From positions 1 to 34,378 of the forward strand of contig JAYQBP010000004.1 of NCBI GenBank assembly GCA_038137385.1: DNA of 34,378 nucleotides. The letters are read 5' to 3'. Every line of letters begins with the position of its first letter. Positions within the stretch are counted from its first letter, which is position 1. This document shows, piece by piece, positions 31,501-34,378 of this stretch. The notes beneath the pieces are model-generated. The model had not been told where the DNA came from. It was given only the letters and a program-made list of their open reading frames with translations, and ran no database searches. Both the position numbers and the translations under genes were made by a program. The stretch is from Opitutales bacterium. GTDB taxonomy: Bacteria; Verrucomicrobiota; Verrucomicrobiia; Opitutales; Seribacteraceae.

Positions 31501-32166
31501 AGAAGTTCCCTCACGATCCCAGTGAACAACCTCATAGGGCAGTTCGGTGGACCCAGAAGCATTGAGAAAGATTAAATCAGCCCCATCAACATTGGCAAAT
31601 TGATCATAATCAAATCCCGAGACCGATTCGTTCAGTTCCAGGTAAACTGGAAAGTTCTGCAAGGTTTCACTTCTGCTGTATCCGGAGGCATTAAGTTCGA
31701 GTTCGTAGGGCCAGGAGTCATAATCCGTAACAACAAATTCGTAGGATTTAGAAAGTGAACCTGCTTGGTTGAATGCGGTTAAGCTGACCGAGAAACTGCC
31801 TCTGGTTTCGGGGGTTCCCGATAGAATTCCGCTAAGAGAGTCGACTTCCATACCTGGTGGAAGATTCGATGCTTCGATTTTAGAAAAGGCACGGTTTGTC
31901 GGTATTTGAATGGACTGAGCCTGTCCAAAGCTGAGAAAGAATGGGTTAGGCAGAAGGATTTCTGGACGATTTTCAAATTGAGGCGGTAGATCATAGAATG
32001 GATGAGCCAGGGGAAGGTTGTCGTTTAATCCCCATTTGTGAGCAAGGTAGCCCTCCAGAGCCTCTATTCTTTGATCGGTTAATGCCTCGTCATAAAGTAA
32101 AATTTCGGCAGCGAAGAAAGAGGAGTATTTATTTACCCCGTCTTCGTCAATCCCTCCAATAAACAA
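7597..32166 (-). CDS. Giant multidomain surface protein, main 8189-aa segment: LamG/concanavalin A-like, DUF2341, PA14, discoidin/F5-8C-like, FN3-like, Ig (He_PIG-like), MBG, Gly-rich and cupredoxin-like domains
   Basis: A 24.6-kb uninterrupted frame with recognisable motifs: W-x-FDE...DD-x-RIY (LamG), GLPAGL-x-I...G-x-ISGTP (Ig), YYFRA-x-A-x-N-x-x-G-x-x-W (FN3-like), ATASSGLP...A-x-Q-x-GN (Ig-like). It begins mid-domain with no signal peptide, so TTG 32166 is probably not the original start. Confidence 0.9.
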   Translation of the reverse strand: MFIGGIDEDGVNKYSSFFAAEILLYDEALTDQRIEALEGYLAHKWGLNDNLPLAHPFYDLPPQFENRPEILLPNPFFLSFGQAQSIQIPTNRAFSKIEASNLPPGMEVDSLSGILSGTPETRGSFSVSLTAFNQAGSLSKSYEFVVTDYDSWPYELELNASGYSRSETLQNFPVYLELNESVSGFDYDQFANVDGADLIFLNASGSTELPYEVVHWDREGTSSFWILLPALESNMSILAKWGNPAVSSPPAYTKNGSVWKDYRAVWRLDHDDLDLIRDSAASFHAKPKNFEHLSVPGVAGLAKRFDGVDDFIEIPTSAHPPTGSQQASFSFWSYNENEDLKDLTLIHSTSNLGSHIQLRLPGSDGAFHWMTGSGSLDDASLAINNFNNTWTYWVFQVDHVTGKSKVFRDGSLVLSQNGISRPFGAAVEAFRIGSTTTGEEAWTGIVVEIRMSAQLESEERIATIYENLKPDATPFFSHSQVKGPPFFFPNQRAEGFTDQNFSFFIQTYPSEVTYSAVGLPAGLTINGASGEISGTPVKGGLYTITVIAENNFGKKIETIQVQISEKSDFAQQVLISCENYAGSETLYNFPLKVELNSSIDGFSLRLFSSDHGYDLRFFDVNGKELVHELETFDLANNQLVAWVKIPELTTATSFFACWGNHALSQYPAGYSINGEVWTDGFEGVWHLRPVIGSSKLTDSTANRNHLTDPFGKNLSHSILGSGRSFFGESGELIRAPDTESLKNLSDQVYSFSSWVRLDRLPEERTNDAVFVLGFDESPTHAIFDDPSRFNSLDPTGSAILKTGPYETGFVFNSVDDLKVLNLGVSRTSGFITGLLTRFTPPETGDYEFRALTGSDDFLSIWIDLDRDGNFSNGERICRTDLKTSSPVQLVAELPYNLMLAHGVPDGVSASSLNFQSRSPDGGWNDWTTLDPQDPGQFKHFHLTFDGNLSDRISPFTFYQFGSTERLDLQSMKPLQVHRLSPTPTSLEGDTSFPSDEWALIASQINHTAGTQEIFLNGQSIAQQSFSPSSNSDLLAADWKFGLSSVPFSIDEIRLSSKIRSTGWFEACYQNQSGQYSFPQVGSLTGENAFTSASEFTLNAETYFEEIMTATGSPVAFLANGLPGGITIDPTDGNLSGTPVRAGIYQAEIRAIYLDYSTATETVTLNIEPGLPQVLLNNVISDNTTSLGIEYEVNATGGDDPEVFILADTMDHGTDLYAWKYRKSLGKQGFGPGSTVLGGLDADQRYYVRIYAENIVGSSWTGKEFFINRQASLNDLPYTLTLWYDAVDHTGSNDYELPLPNDGTPVEFWKNKAREDDPDDAQKKHLAVGSGSGTPQIVLDGHEGRPVVEFDGDDWLVNDYDFWDKAGRWNTNTNEWTKKGYAAFAVGRYTGGRNGRIFTSGEGPWSNWLMGAWNNRLGTYYFHGWVDKGFEADLDFHIFELSHQAYTESSDPTTRVWNDGVAGNYYQGNPKGSSHNGAGPRKISFGAWLNGREKSDCQVGEFMLFLGENPEEYRLLIEGYLAHKWGIKLPSIHPWSSQAPSFGEIITQGVTPVGTTGRTNAPIAINREPANLRQNSATLTGQLVNPGIGNLTGGIFSPNDYPGLQLWLDASEGAHYDSESSVSAQPWSPKVLQEVVLQLDANDSSMILLSEEDVPGWFDKSGNGYDMIAQGNPKRVEYIEDSTLKVIRFEGNRNDGGDSLYSEKRWDKSTGSFTMIAVARYAANEWWKKMRLISDRTNNNWLFGFHWTGVGKQYFNGWVKNSGVSSDTNFHILTASINSSDTATSWLDFIENTQNTNGASNNVNYYMPKQLQFGGWQSKSEFTTGEIGEFIGFNQVLSNSVREKVEGYLAHKWGMEYNLPGSHTYVDSPPTDWSPENESSLQAWFDANDSSSIISNFVREWKDSANGNIFVQENIENVINGLPAVRFDGIEHYLEIDSRFGLNRNPELMVFAVTEPGLSGIDLSHPQDQVSSFTGGSPGTQNAEKAIDNDPTTKYLNYDVNNSGLIIDVQVSGVVNGLSFTSANDMPARDPASFILEGSNDNGASFTVIADGAVPAFTDRGQRKQIAIENNESYLTYKLTFPSVVDFNSSDEMQIAEIELLGVPESNEWLSVNRVFQLGSKSRNRILAGAGGSWRFNDGLINFEEPPKSQTSIQTWVRTAGSDYNSSRFFLNGHEKIQSDQENELGIPSDTGASMFIGAGFDSGGGILPYSGSIGELILVNGSSDEIRQKIEGYLAHKWGLNSALSDDHPFKNDFNATYTPPVPLTGLDDQSGNANHATQSDPTRQPGYLQNALNDLPILQFDGNSDVLNFDTSISAIRSVFLVAERKPGSRGFILGHEYGYAVQTGPTTIWNKSWTDPNHINGTIRENGNWRDGLGQDYGTGSMNITSIVSNGLVRASNFSRDRNNETYWRGTFAELLIYNEPLPTQFVRLVEGYLAHKWGIEDTLTLSHPYRYNDPVPSDPSANLTIYWGSNDGETNSELWENKVDIGSVSVGLRKLKSTEVVVKSDPEPNDKGTTYPASKLIDGLLPKDGWRSTWTAWYGVNPQLTFNLGREWPLSKIRVYYQPFARDDELKEIDVYIADDEMNFLHHETVADFVGPIERGKFVEFSLEGISTQAIRLSPKFQGWGHQWGEVEFWVYDDGLYQTDISSLASDETYFYRTFASNSGGGVWAEESKVFVAEDKVAYDSGKLFINTSLATWEHSNGDKRFGEVSDRTYMDELGNAYPYKICTFNFDQLSLAGSLEVVITGQASLDIQVSKDALIAVPLILNGANGGGETPGNAGPGGFAGGKVNERGLGPGGGLSGVSPGGGGYGGAGAGSTLNSGKPYGDGKISNLIGGSGGGGYLVDSSGGAGAGALSVDAAGTLKVDSPIIAVGGTGAIGSGGGSGGAIKLSANTLILSENSILDVSGGGSGGGGGRIFLSGIESFVNHGEDNLIADGGEGTTSGTDGSVRFDQPIIQSDLIHFSGTLLIDTSKGIIEHSNGDIYYGIIEDQSYRHDDGTLWSYSVCKFIFEEIQLGGSLVIETKGNSALWLEAASGDFTLGSDLHANGGSPDVIQSRGGSAILGGYDGVLPGMLIGKGPGSSKEISEHGHGASYGGHGSEGSSLYGSAQIFDLIGGSSGGSSTNDGSGAGGGAVYLKAAGHMQIEPNVYLTANGGDGIRSSASGSGGAIKLEAQTILNLGFIEAKSGQGIQLDGTNQTRGSGGGRVALHANEKVTMGKVDVSGEWLSSEGSVYIGGNYFASVIDLDEGRITFNTQTGYFSIEGGAHGTGVITTPSYIDGMGNIWNIPVCTFTFGSVKIGADVEVNLIGDKPLIIKTIAGGNFYTAADFILDGGDASSLSGYGGMGALNPWHGVSAENLKGNGPGSGPSHTGAGVGASYNYNEDGVNLMPGSSGSSGRLFQGSGAGGGALRIEADGDIIIANGSLISASGGNGRTNQNIDLAGGGGSGGAIQLLGQNIYNRGMIRVVGGNQGAGGGQVLFASSGEVEQGNIESGGGNIIEVRPPTIEINPIHYLSIRQAKEQFTRTQVLTRPENLRGYWPMDEEQGFTLYDLEGDHHANLSGGFKRVVGRIDGAVEFDGQSGHARTDASAKALGIGAKNPRTLSFWIWLDTFQPSEQAGPYGFGELANLGQTDRYWSIRSIGQDNFSSFVSDHYGWNFQVSHDVELRNNWNHIAHAYDGANILIYLNGQLVASETRSTISTGDQDPVILGRANNTNSYLRGKLDDFRIYDDSLSANEIASISTAEDWIMETVNFQFAFQTSEDIDELLITGLPQGLSLDLDTLEVTGLPQEIGTFDLNITATNRAGSTKKNARLIILKSKPEIESAKPKNISSSNAQAFSQIISDGGEPLQMTLFWGDNDGGENPGLWDYNDTINHTHTDGRVSHYIQSLTGNQTYYYRWMGSNSVMDQIWSQPTKDGLSSWWSFDEIEGDKVIDSAGNHHGDLIGLSAEARTFAFKGLGLPFTGNEAEKLVISGYKGISGNYARTLSLWVQTQDESNEIISWGGNESGTSWSVGMNKGKVLLQIDTDVALMTDQTINDSLWHNLVVCFPSGSKYLADTSIYIDGEAVETSPIYRKEPSVYAPILWLDAVDVDANGIPDTPSNQPISTWKDKSGNDLHATQDNTQNQPTHSSASLQGLPTIIFDGSSDYLTNTSLSLNQPYSIFMVAKTTGGTGRDYLFDGVINNQQRSLLALNVSGSVKSWAGNWADSFMSTPSGYFTISAVFNESNGVISLNGREVSSLNTGSYNLSNGIRIGANFTAAADFLGGEIGEMIIVGLDLESIDRQSIEGYLSHKWGLVDQLEPSYPYSSSSLANTIINTSSERDVTLGGVSANNKFSGTLDEIKIYNRGLSSAEIAMLYLDGSVKFNTSSTAEPPVVELTGYKAESNNSVTILGELSSLDQNNPSILIFYGSKDHGFDPSQWDGNLSVNNGDPVSAGEFNATVNGLVPGEKYFFRAFAQSIDGTDWSSGEPDIKDELLGFWRMDENNGSEVMDSVIPLRHAGIENIDNNDTRLPGHEGNALRLNGATNWLNLDPENTGYLGEPFDGRTISAWIKVDPRVYVGPEITKYKELSAYFPFDFGYGNIAYDSNFDQLEAEVNPNGWALGKYGKSIEFSKDEDFVSIPATDSLAEIHQGSFSVSLWINPELSSGSKEQNGQLHAYGFKLSASDYYYENIENLLNLNPDYVSLIRDADLGDFNPESFSPTSIPGLSLWLDASELALAESTWNDLSGVGNHASKNGNPLVMSNAQNGLAVMNYDGSNGNYHSFNRISDIRTVFWALDYDGGGWFLLGDSGSYHFHSNGSGSIFHSTHTSGYIKSGSTFRINRAPYNIYGSWPDEFSVYSLLTSGNVRANNFSNDRNINGRYANASLGEILIYNQALSAEEMVKVESYLGNKWGLLNQFNDAGAKKLSLANDSDFLALELGSGSYHNTLALFKGRFHAKESGTYIWELLNVDDQAAVWIDLDQDYTFESSERIVYSDINSEFNQANNLLYLGEGTYNFAVYHGELTETASLDVKFATPSSFSGPPSLTTLYPSDEKQSDIFSTENRFSLLRRGPLQIGIDGAGGLFYRHFTDGGTALVESNQSINNSNWTHIGLSVDRNQSSISLFVNGVKTGDGFIPDGAPINLDDYPDWIMGGVHPLDQDFYTGKVDELRIYNSVLSEGDMYEIAQDDLTGREIAGYRKQAIYDEGSSSNGMVLVNDEGRLRTQIIENNSVTELSTTRLIEDLGNDLPFSPLQDPSLNLKLWLDASDRENMDIGTTYGESGPPSDGSSVGFWRDKSGNMHHATKFSGHNPLWRADGFNGLGAIDITNDVLIVQDSETVFDGWSEMTVFLTLYQTNFDHFCVILGKSNHTGWANSNSHPFAWTLNIHRADYGGHRIWGPAFNTNTGGNKYLHTSSDAIWSTGVNANFNGGPSFVTLRYSSDYSSNNLIFRINGSTHKQANLTGPIKSEPSIPVSIGGKGNGGDQWHGRISEILIFNKALEDSEIDTMEGYLAHKWNLNSNLSFEHPHFSAPPPGLSTLKKANEVDDDWHHVAVSYGENPGVLKLYLDGQLVDGPVSVPGNGTIPAHDEVPAVGQPQGTFPFSDFGNFNGLVDDLRVYDRGLSGSEINQLFEGDVNNSGFIEYRAIEKPEIRTLSALDARPQSVLLRAELTSIGGEVVENTFSTDASFSKTSIPGIQAWYSTDSIVASNGASVSTWKDKSGYGRDFENVDGNPRLLTFGLNGKPVLNFDGDDLLWTGHNFDTLTDSGYTMVSLARYTGLKNQRIISSRTRNFLFGFHGSQVGKWYAEGWISTTGSLDSDWHIHLGTIESNKGDPAASLWQDGVLLINESRGSSNANFGPGVLQVGGWMTDSELSACEIAEIFIYQGQFNAIQRNQIEGYLAHKWNLKEQILPTDHPYSTVAPFGGKSSETEVTSIGGDPAEVFIFWGDEKIEANSTATSPDNNATWDYKIQLSESSDIGTLDQLLTNHLTENTDYYFRAYAKNLAGETWADDIFTFRTIDTQFTKDTLDGLLLWLDASDIDGDRERDTLVDGAKIPLWLDKSRSERHATQSILSKMPIYDKDGFGTMPAVQFESGNSMFVGTLTNLSGPINVFVISEGEGVTIGADDGASSWTLEARSGNRLNSFKGENDALQQITLGLDPRTGFGLLSGKIAEILVFDRMLEPAEREMIEGYLAHKWGILDDLAQSGFSVHEGLILYYPFNETGGSVVEDYSLALRHGIVVDADLGASGKFSSGIGLDGISPSTAKVDLGANELELNQLNWTVSSWFLSPIDKPDDEVASDYALTDSAGLTYLYFDKSSNNQLFLNDKNPPSTDVFAGDLSGTTNNPVWHQIGLTSSSNQYIIYIDGVEVSRYSGSSAGSLGIISLGNLSTNFGRFAPSLDDFRVYNRTLSSTEISEIYGNGNGDFGTHTYSDFPPVFDNIPQILLPKDAVAHWKFDDLNGTQVNDSSGLENHGLAEDKDLDYDLFLENSQEGKRGSALHFDGNLTIKLSNSPEILNARSAFSVAFWINTEDRNADLVNSGRFQIGISDGYLNAQVYVSSRWKEIEPVLFPFGSWVHLILWWDGNKLKFFLNNQEVTNSINAKGSLSGDDIIFMGGQDGLGSGLYNGLIDDFRFYAHAITPTERDDCYLGIGSPLVTAFGEDYFLKIETLRGPTDFNATGLPAGLEIDTEKGIIFGQSEEVGTFEVNLQAWNSSGLDEENMTLYVLPGQQSILPSEIGLLRYGDPPVDLNWTATSGLPVYLEILEGNESIDLNDTQMPCTLSILKPGIVKLQATQPGDGNSTYAPAEKIITEFIVSKRELLVRVHDKYRKTTESNPLLTYDLFGFIGDDNESILDQNISISVGVTDGSIDSPSVTGEYIIQAEGAFSELYFLSYANGILTVSEKLRQELIFDQNLSGISALSPPIQLDGFSVQSMVATEDIFVFGGSPTSPFYDFNNSEGTLDLSEQTFFRGATYVFKDLGVLGTHPFMIGESWGDTTSALVSGDPLNGNGGQITLSIPQDFNGSLYYFCTNHEAMMAPLNLADPNHVGDLFVHGGSSTSPYYDFNSSNGAMDLSQQVFFRGSTYVFKDNGVHSSHPFMIGESWGDTSSALVTGGPLNGNGGQITLSIPQDFNSSIFYFCINHQEMIEPLRIIDPFENYTPTDLPLYYEIEDEGVAKLIVTREDSLQSHWKFDEDKYIEVFDEKGLSSGTVFNLNTVGNDNAWTGGKFGNSLKFDGVDGYVNFGPIQLDGNYSFSFWIKPDLNTTSDSSMVLLSKSGIPTMNHFQLLKEEGNGSIQFNYYPDGGTSPSTYRSNSEILSDENWTFLTVTYDADAKELSLYADGTAILEIENAVESNDSLPFGFRFSNLVLGSSSASFDGMIDDLRYYNSTLNLEEIGQIFNQGGGDYQTILPTGFGTTRITARQNGNLTYEKAIPVYNYLTVVKADQQIEFDPLINRSVGDFPFSLEATATSGLPIEFSVSDLALASISSNIVEIRNSGVLTITASQAGNQLYNPAEPVSQTFSIAYGNLFADSIPGLGLWLDATDINFDNSPDSQDDFVDLNKVSLWSDKSGNNNSPVQATYGQMPIWNPGHANTRPSIDFNADFNQSLNLQLALAEPALIFAILKQTQAIRSNLFGGDLYLTSNSGNFELSYNNSDPHIPSNRATNTLTLLSIGISSGTQNLWINGDLAGSTSSNSTPQPLNQVGHGLTGTLGEVLIFDKPVSFFNRQKVEGYLAHKWELVPLLPEFHPYAVSPPSFGGNQVITWLGVEGNTTSGVEKLPVKKADDNDFTLSALASSGLPIIFQSSDRNVLTIAGDQAKILSPGTVTITAYQNGDSRYQPAQPQSVELQIIDFSDPLFQKDDQNISYDMIPLKVREDPPFPIRALATSSGIRHDVYNLPITLRIESGPGTIDSRGVVTLDGTEGLIVISASQSGNAFVHAADTVFIQIEVSSKSRPSVLFADSKNTGALPPVIAQPRPIILPGAYASNGDRIVITSSDPSIVKVIDRNRIIAQKTGTVTLYFDIPATSEYAEAITLSRTLEVVNPTKEAWINMRKNDPRYNKVKENFISQRLSQMSSWTSEQAEYEFDLSMADSDGDGYSNLYERALGMDSLGFDRHGGSQQVKTIHGKPSISFIRYKDPIASTGEDFEYRIEESTNLRVWKTANVRLVSTIEIGEDMEQVTYQSTSSSIQPSNFLRLRIISP
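7600..7940 (-). other. C-terminal domain of the giant protein with a DxDxDG loop and terminal FLRLRI strand
   Basis: DSDGDGYSNLYERALGMD...ISFIR...EYRIEESTNL-x-x-W...FLRLRIISP-stop. I recognise this terminus from exported verrucomicrobial proteins; its function is not established. Confidence 0.55.
10750..11395 (-). repeat. Tandem 330-bp duplication encoding two cupredoxin-like domains
   Basis: Identical blocks lie 330 bp apart, e.g. tacagaaata at 10791/11121, atttgaccaccatttccgttaag at 10841/11171 and caatcataaatggatg at 10911/11241. The protein copies carry HPFMIG...YYFCTNHEAM and HPFMIG...FYFCINHQEM. Confidence 0.9.
11510..11765 (-). other. MBG-like (mirror beta-grasp) stalk domain
   Basis: SKRELLVRVHDKYRKTTESNPLLTY...GF...D...GEY-x-I...Y-x-LSYANGILTV. 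Confidence 0.65.
21660..24120 (-). repeat. Three tandem ~270-280 aa glycine-rich repeats
   Basis: Each begins G-x-(L/I)-x-x-(N/D)T, has C-x-F-x-F (KICTFNFD, SVCKFIFE, PVCTFTFG), then GxG/GGS runs, G(G/S)S-x-G-x-x...GAG-x-GA, GGSGGAI-x-L-type and GGG(R/Q)(I/V) motifs. Confidence 0.8.
24250..26290 (-). other. Two discoidin/F5-8 type C (galactose-binding-like) domains, ~25865-26290 and ~24250-24670
   Basis: SPGTQNAEKAIDNDPTTKYL...TSAND-x-P-x-RDP-x-x-F-x-LEGSND...MQIAEIEL and YPASKLIDG...W...LTFNLG...WGEVEFW. Confidence 0.7.
29330..29875 (-). other. PA14-like domain inserted in a LamG domain; a second PA14-like copy at ~17035-18200 is itself interrupted
   Basis: FTPPETGDYEF...SDDFLSIWIDLDRDG and FHAKESGTYIW...VDDQAAVWIDLDQD carry the PA14 'G-x-Y-x-F...DD' signature. 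Confidence 0.7.
30185..31720 (-). other. Two DUF2341-like domains (~31440-31720 and ~30185-30460), each followed by a LamG-like domain
   Basis: ETLQNFPVYLEL...DGADLIF...ELPYEVVHWD...FWILLP...WGNP and ETLYNFPLKVEL...GYDLRFFD...ELVHELETFD...AWVKIP...WGN. Confidence 0.75.
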
Positions 32167-32169
32167 ACT

Positions 32170-34378
32170 TTATTCCTCAGAAGAGACGACCGAGCCGCTG
32201 TCAAGTAAATCGAAATTTAGGTTTGCATTGATTCTTAATAATCTTCGGATATCTGATTTCCTGAAGGTGAAGATATCGAAATCATTGGCCCATCCAGAAA
32301 GGATCGTGCTTTCATCCTGAGCGGATGTGCCCCTGAGACCCAATGTCGGAAGGTTTTGGTTGTTGGAGAAAAAGCTCCATCCAGTTGTCTCCCCCCAGCC
32401 TTTACTTAAGAGGTAGGAACCTGGGTCTGTACTTTCGGACTTGATCACCAGCAGAAGAGTGCCTTCCAATCCGATATCTAAGTCTCTGGAGTTTTGATCA
32501 TCGTAGTCAGGAACCCGCAGATAGTTACTGCTTCCGTTAAAACCAAGGACCGATCGGTTGTTGAGTGCTCCGTAGATTAAGTCAGGTCCCTGACCATGGG
32601 TCGCATGTCGGTTTCCACCGGATTTATCTCTCCATATATCGACCGTCCCAGCAAAGGGCTCATTGTCCAAGTTGCCATCACCGTTAATGTCTGCGGCATC
32701 GAGCCAAAGCAATAAGTTGGCATCCTGCCAGGTATCGGCGGCCAATGAAAAGGATCCACTGGAAAAAGATGAACTATTCGGAGACCACACCGAGCCTGCG
32801 TCATTTTCTGCAAGAAACCTGAAGTAGTAAGTCTTGCCAAACTCGAGTCCGGTAAGGGGGTGAGAAAAATCACCAATATCTTTGGTTCCCAGCTCCACTT
32901 TGGTATCCCAGGCAAGGGAAGAGGAGGCATTGACTTCCGGGTTGGTGCCCCCATCTTCATCTCCCCAGAACAAGACGAGTCTGGGCGCTTGTCCGCCAAT
33001 GTTTTGATTTTCACTAAGATCGCCGGCGTGGATTTGTCCAATTTCTCCGGCACTTAATGCCCGATCATAAATTCGTAAGTCATCCACCATTCCGTCAAAT
33101 AGTTGGAAGTCGGGTGGCGGAGTGATAGGGGGGGCATTTTTGAAACTGTGGATGTCAGGAAGCTTGTTTTCTAAATCCCATTTGTGAGCTAAATAACCCT
33201 CGATTTTTTCCATAACTAGGGAATCGGGAGCACCTTCAATAATGATCACTTCAGAAAACATAATCCCGGCATACTGGGCCGCACTTGTGCCCGAGGAGCG
33301 AAGTTTTCCGCCAATGGACACGGGAACACTTGAGGCACTCGCAATCGTTCCCCCGTCGGACTGGTAGGCAATTTGCGATCCATTTAGGCGACAGAGCCTA
33401 CCACCGTTTCCAAAGCTAAGGTAGAGCATGGCAGGTGCCCAGTGATCGTTGTTCCACATATCTGTCCACTCATTCCCGTTGGTGCCCTTAATTATAAAGT
33501 TGGCTGCTCCATTGCCAGGATTCCGTAACAGGACTTCCCAGCCAAAAGTAGAGTCATCTCGATGCCCTTTCGACATGTGGGACACCCAGCCATTCCCGTT
33601 GGTTCGGTCATGAACGGTAATAAGGGTGAGTTCTGACCAAGCATCAAACGCAATCCTGCTGTCCTGGATAATCATTAAATCGTTGCTGCCATCAAAAACA
33701 ATGGCCGGAGTTTTTTGTTGAAATGCATCCGTCTGATATAAGGGAGTACGCTCGGCACCTTCATCAAAAATAATTCCATCATGCCCATGTCCGCTTTTAT
33801 CTGTCCACCGACCAATTTGCTCTCCGGAACTGGCAAACTCAGTGCCATTAAAATCCTGAAACAAGGTGGAACCGTCGGATGCATCTAGCCAAAGTTTTAA
33901 TCCATCAAGGTCATCGGGACTGAACTGATCCATCCATAATCGATTCCCTCCAATCACATGGTAGTCTCGGGTGATGTTTTCTGGAGATTCCCCATTGAAA
34001 GATCCAAGGAACTGGCCGTCGGAATAAAATTTTGTCAACCCATCCTCAGCCACTGAAACCGCAATATGTTGCCACTGATTGAGGTTCCAAAGATCATCGA
34101 TCTCATCCGATGTAATATTGAGATTGAGCTCGGACTCGCGGTTGCTGAAAGCATACAAGTGCCAAGTTCCAGAACCTAACGGGTCGATGGTGAATTCCAC
34201 CTCCGTACCTTCGGCTATGTAGTGACACTGTACCAACAACCCATCCGGGGTTTGCCCATCGTATTGATCCTGGTTGATGGTAAGGGTTTCACTCAATTCG
34301 GAACAGGAAAGTACACAGGTGCGATCTCCTCCCCATGCTTGGCTGGATAGAGAGAACTAGTAGGCTTGGCCGGGGGAT
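32170..34378 (-). pseudogene. Upstream in-frame part of the same giant gene, separated by nonsense codons (real or sequencing error); 5' end lies outside the window
   Basis: Same frame as 7597..32166: ...GAG GAA TAA AGT TTG TTT... The domain starting LLLWLDAAD (~32700) ends only at EGYLAHKW (~32032-32055), beyond the stop. The frame continues upstream of 34296 as SPGQAY*FSLSSQAWGGDRTCVLSCSEL, with a TAG at 34357-34359. Confidence 0.75.

Larger units (their letters stand above)
8990..33930 (-). repeat. Dispersed protein-level repeat: 12 copies of a ~160-260 aa LamG-like module, (F/W)SP...LWLDA...W-x-DKSG...FDG...E-x-x-x-(Y/F)...EGYLAHKW...HP(Y/F)
   Basis: EGYLAHKW-type ends lie near 33180, 32040, 27600, 26620, 25460, 24855, 19285 (LSHKW), 17485 (ESYLGNKW), 15675, 14510, 13630 and 9005. 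Twelve matching WLDA-type starts lie near 33890, 32700, 28320, 27345, 27250, 26515, 19900, 18025, 16420, 15118, 14110 and 9590. Confidence 0.85.

Noticed and set aside
7597-32166. NRPS/PKS, RTX toxin or autotransporter
   Set aside because: I found no A/C/KS/ACP motifs, no GGxGxD nonapeptide arrays and no C-terminal beta-barrel.
1686-33884. Numerous 60-200 aa ORFs overlapping the major genes
   Set aside because: They are antisense or off-frame to well-supported CDSs and have no recognisable motifs.
8990-33930. Inserted modules as inteins or self-splicing elements
   Set aside because: There is no N-terminal Cys/Ser block, no His-Asn/Cys-Ser-Thr junction and no homing endonuclease motif. The inserts look like lectin folds.
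32170-34359. Alternative genetic code (TAA/TAG reassigned)
   Set aside because: TAA terminates priA, the rhodanese and the giant gene at sensible ends, and 8189 consecutive codons contain no TAA or TAG.

Overview
This is a bacterial window, most likely from a Verrucomicrobiota/PVC-type organism; that is inferred from the protein styles, not proven. Both ends cut through genes. The left 7.5 kb holds a truncated two-RCK K+ channel gene (1..1428, minus strand, missing from the ORF track), a divergent PQQ-like beta-propeller gene overlapping priA, and, on the minus strand, a TIGR02597-like exported protein and a secreted rhodanese. The remaining ~26.8 kb is one minus-strand reading frame (at least ~8,900 codons, running off the right edge) encoding a giant exported adhesin/lectin-like protein. 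Two isolated in-frame stops interrupt it (TAA 32170-32172, TAG 34357-34359), so the 8189-aa and 708-aa ORFs are pieces of one gene. Main observations: (1) domains are recursively inserted inside each other, up to four levels deep, rather than strung in tandem, implying a branched protein; (2) a 12-copy WLDA...EGYLAHKW module sits inside several unrelated host domains; (3) the giant protein and its 640-aa neighbour are strongly enriched in the Campylobacter PglB-type extended N-glycosylation sequon D/E-X-N-X-S/T; (4) the protein also carries tandem cupredoxin-like Cu-site domains, glycine-rich repeats and a candidate C-terminal sorting domain. Domain boundaries and counts were made by eye and are approximate.
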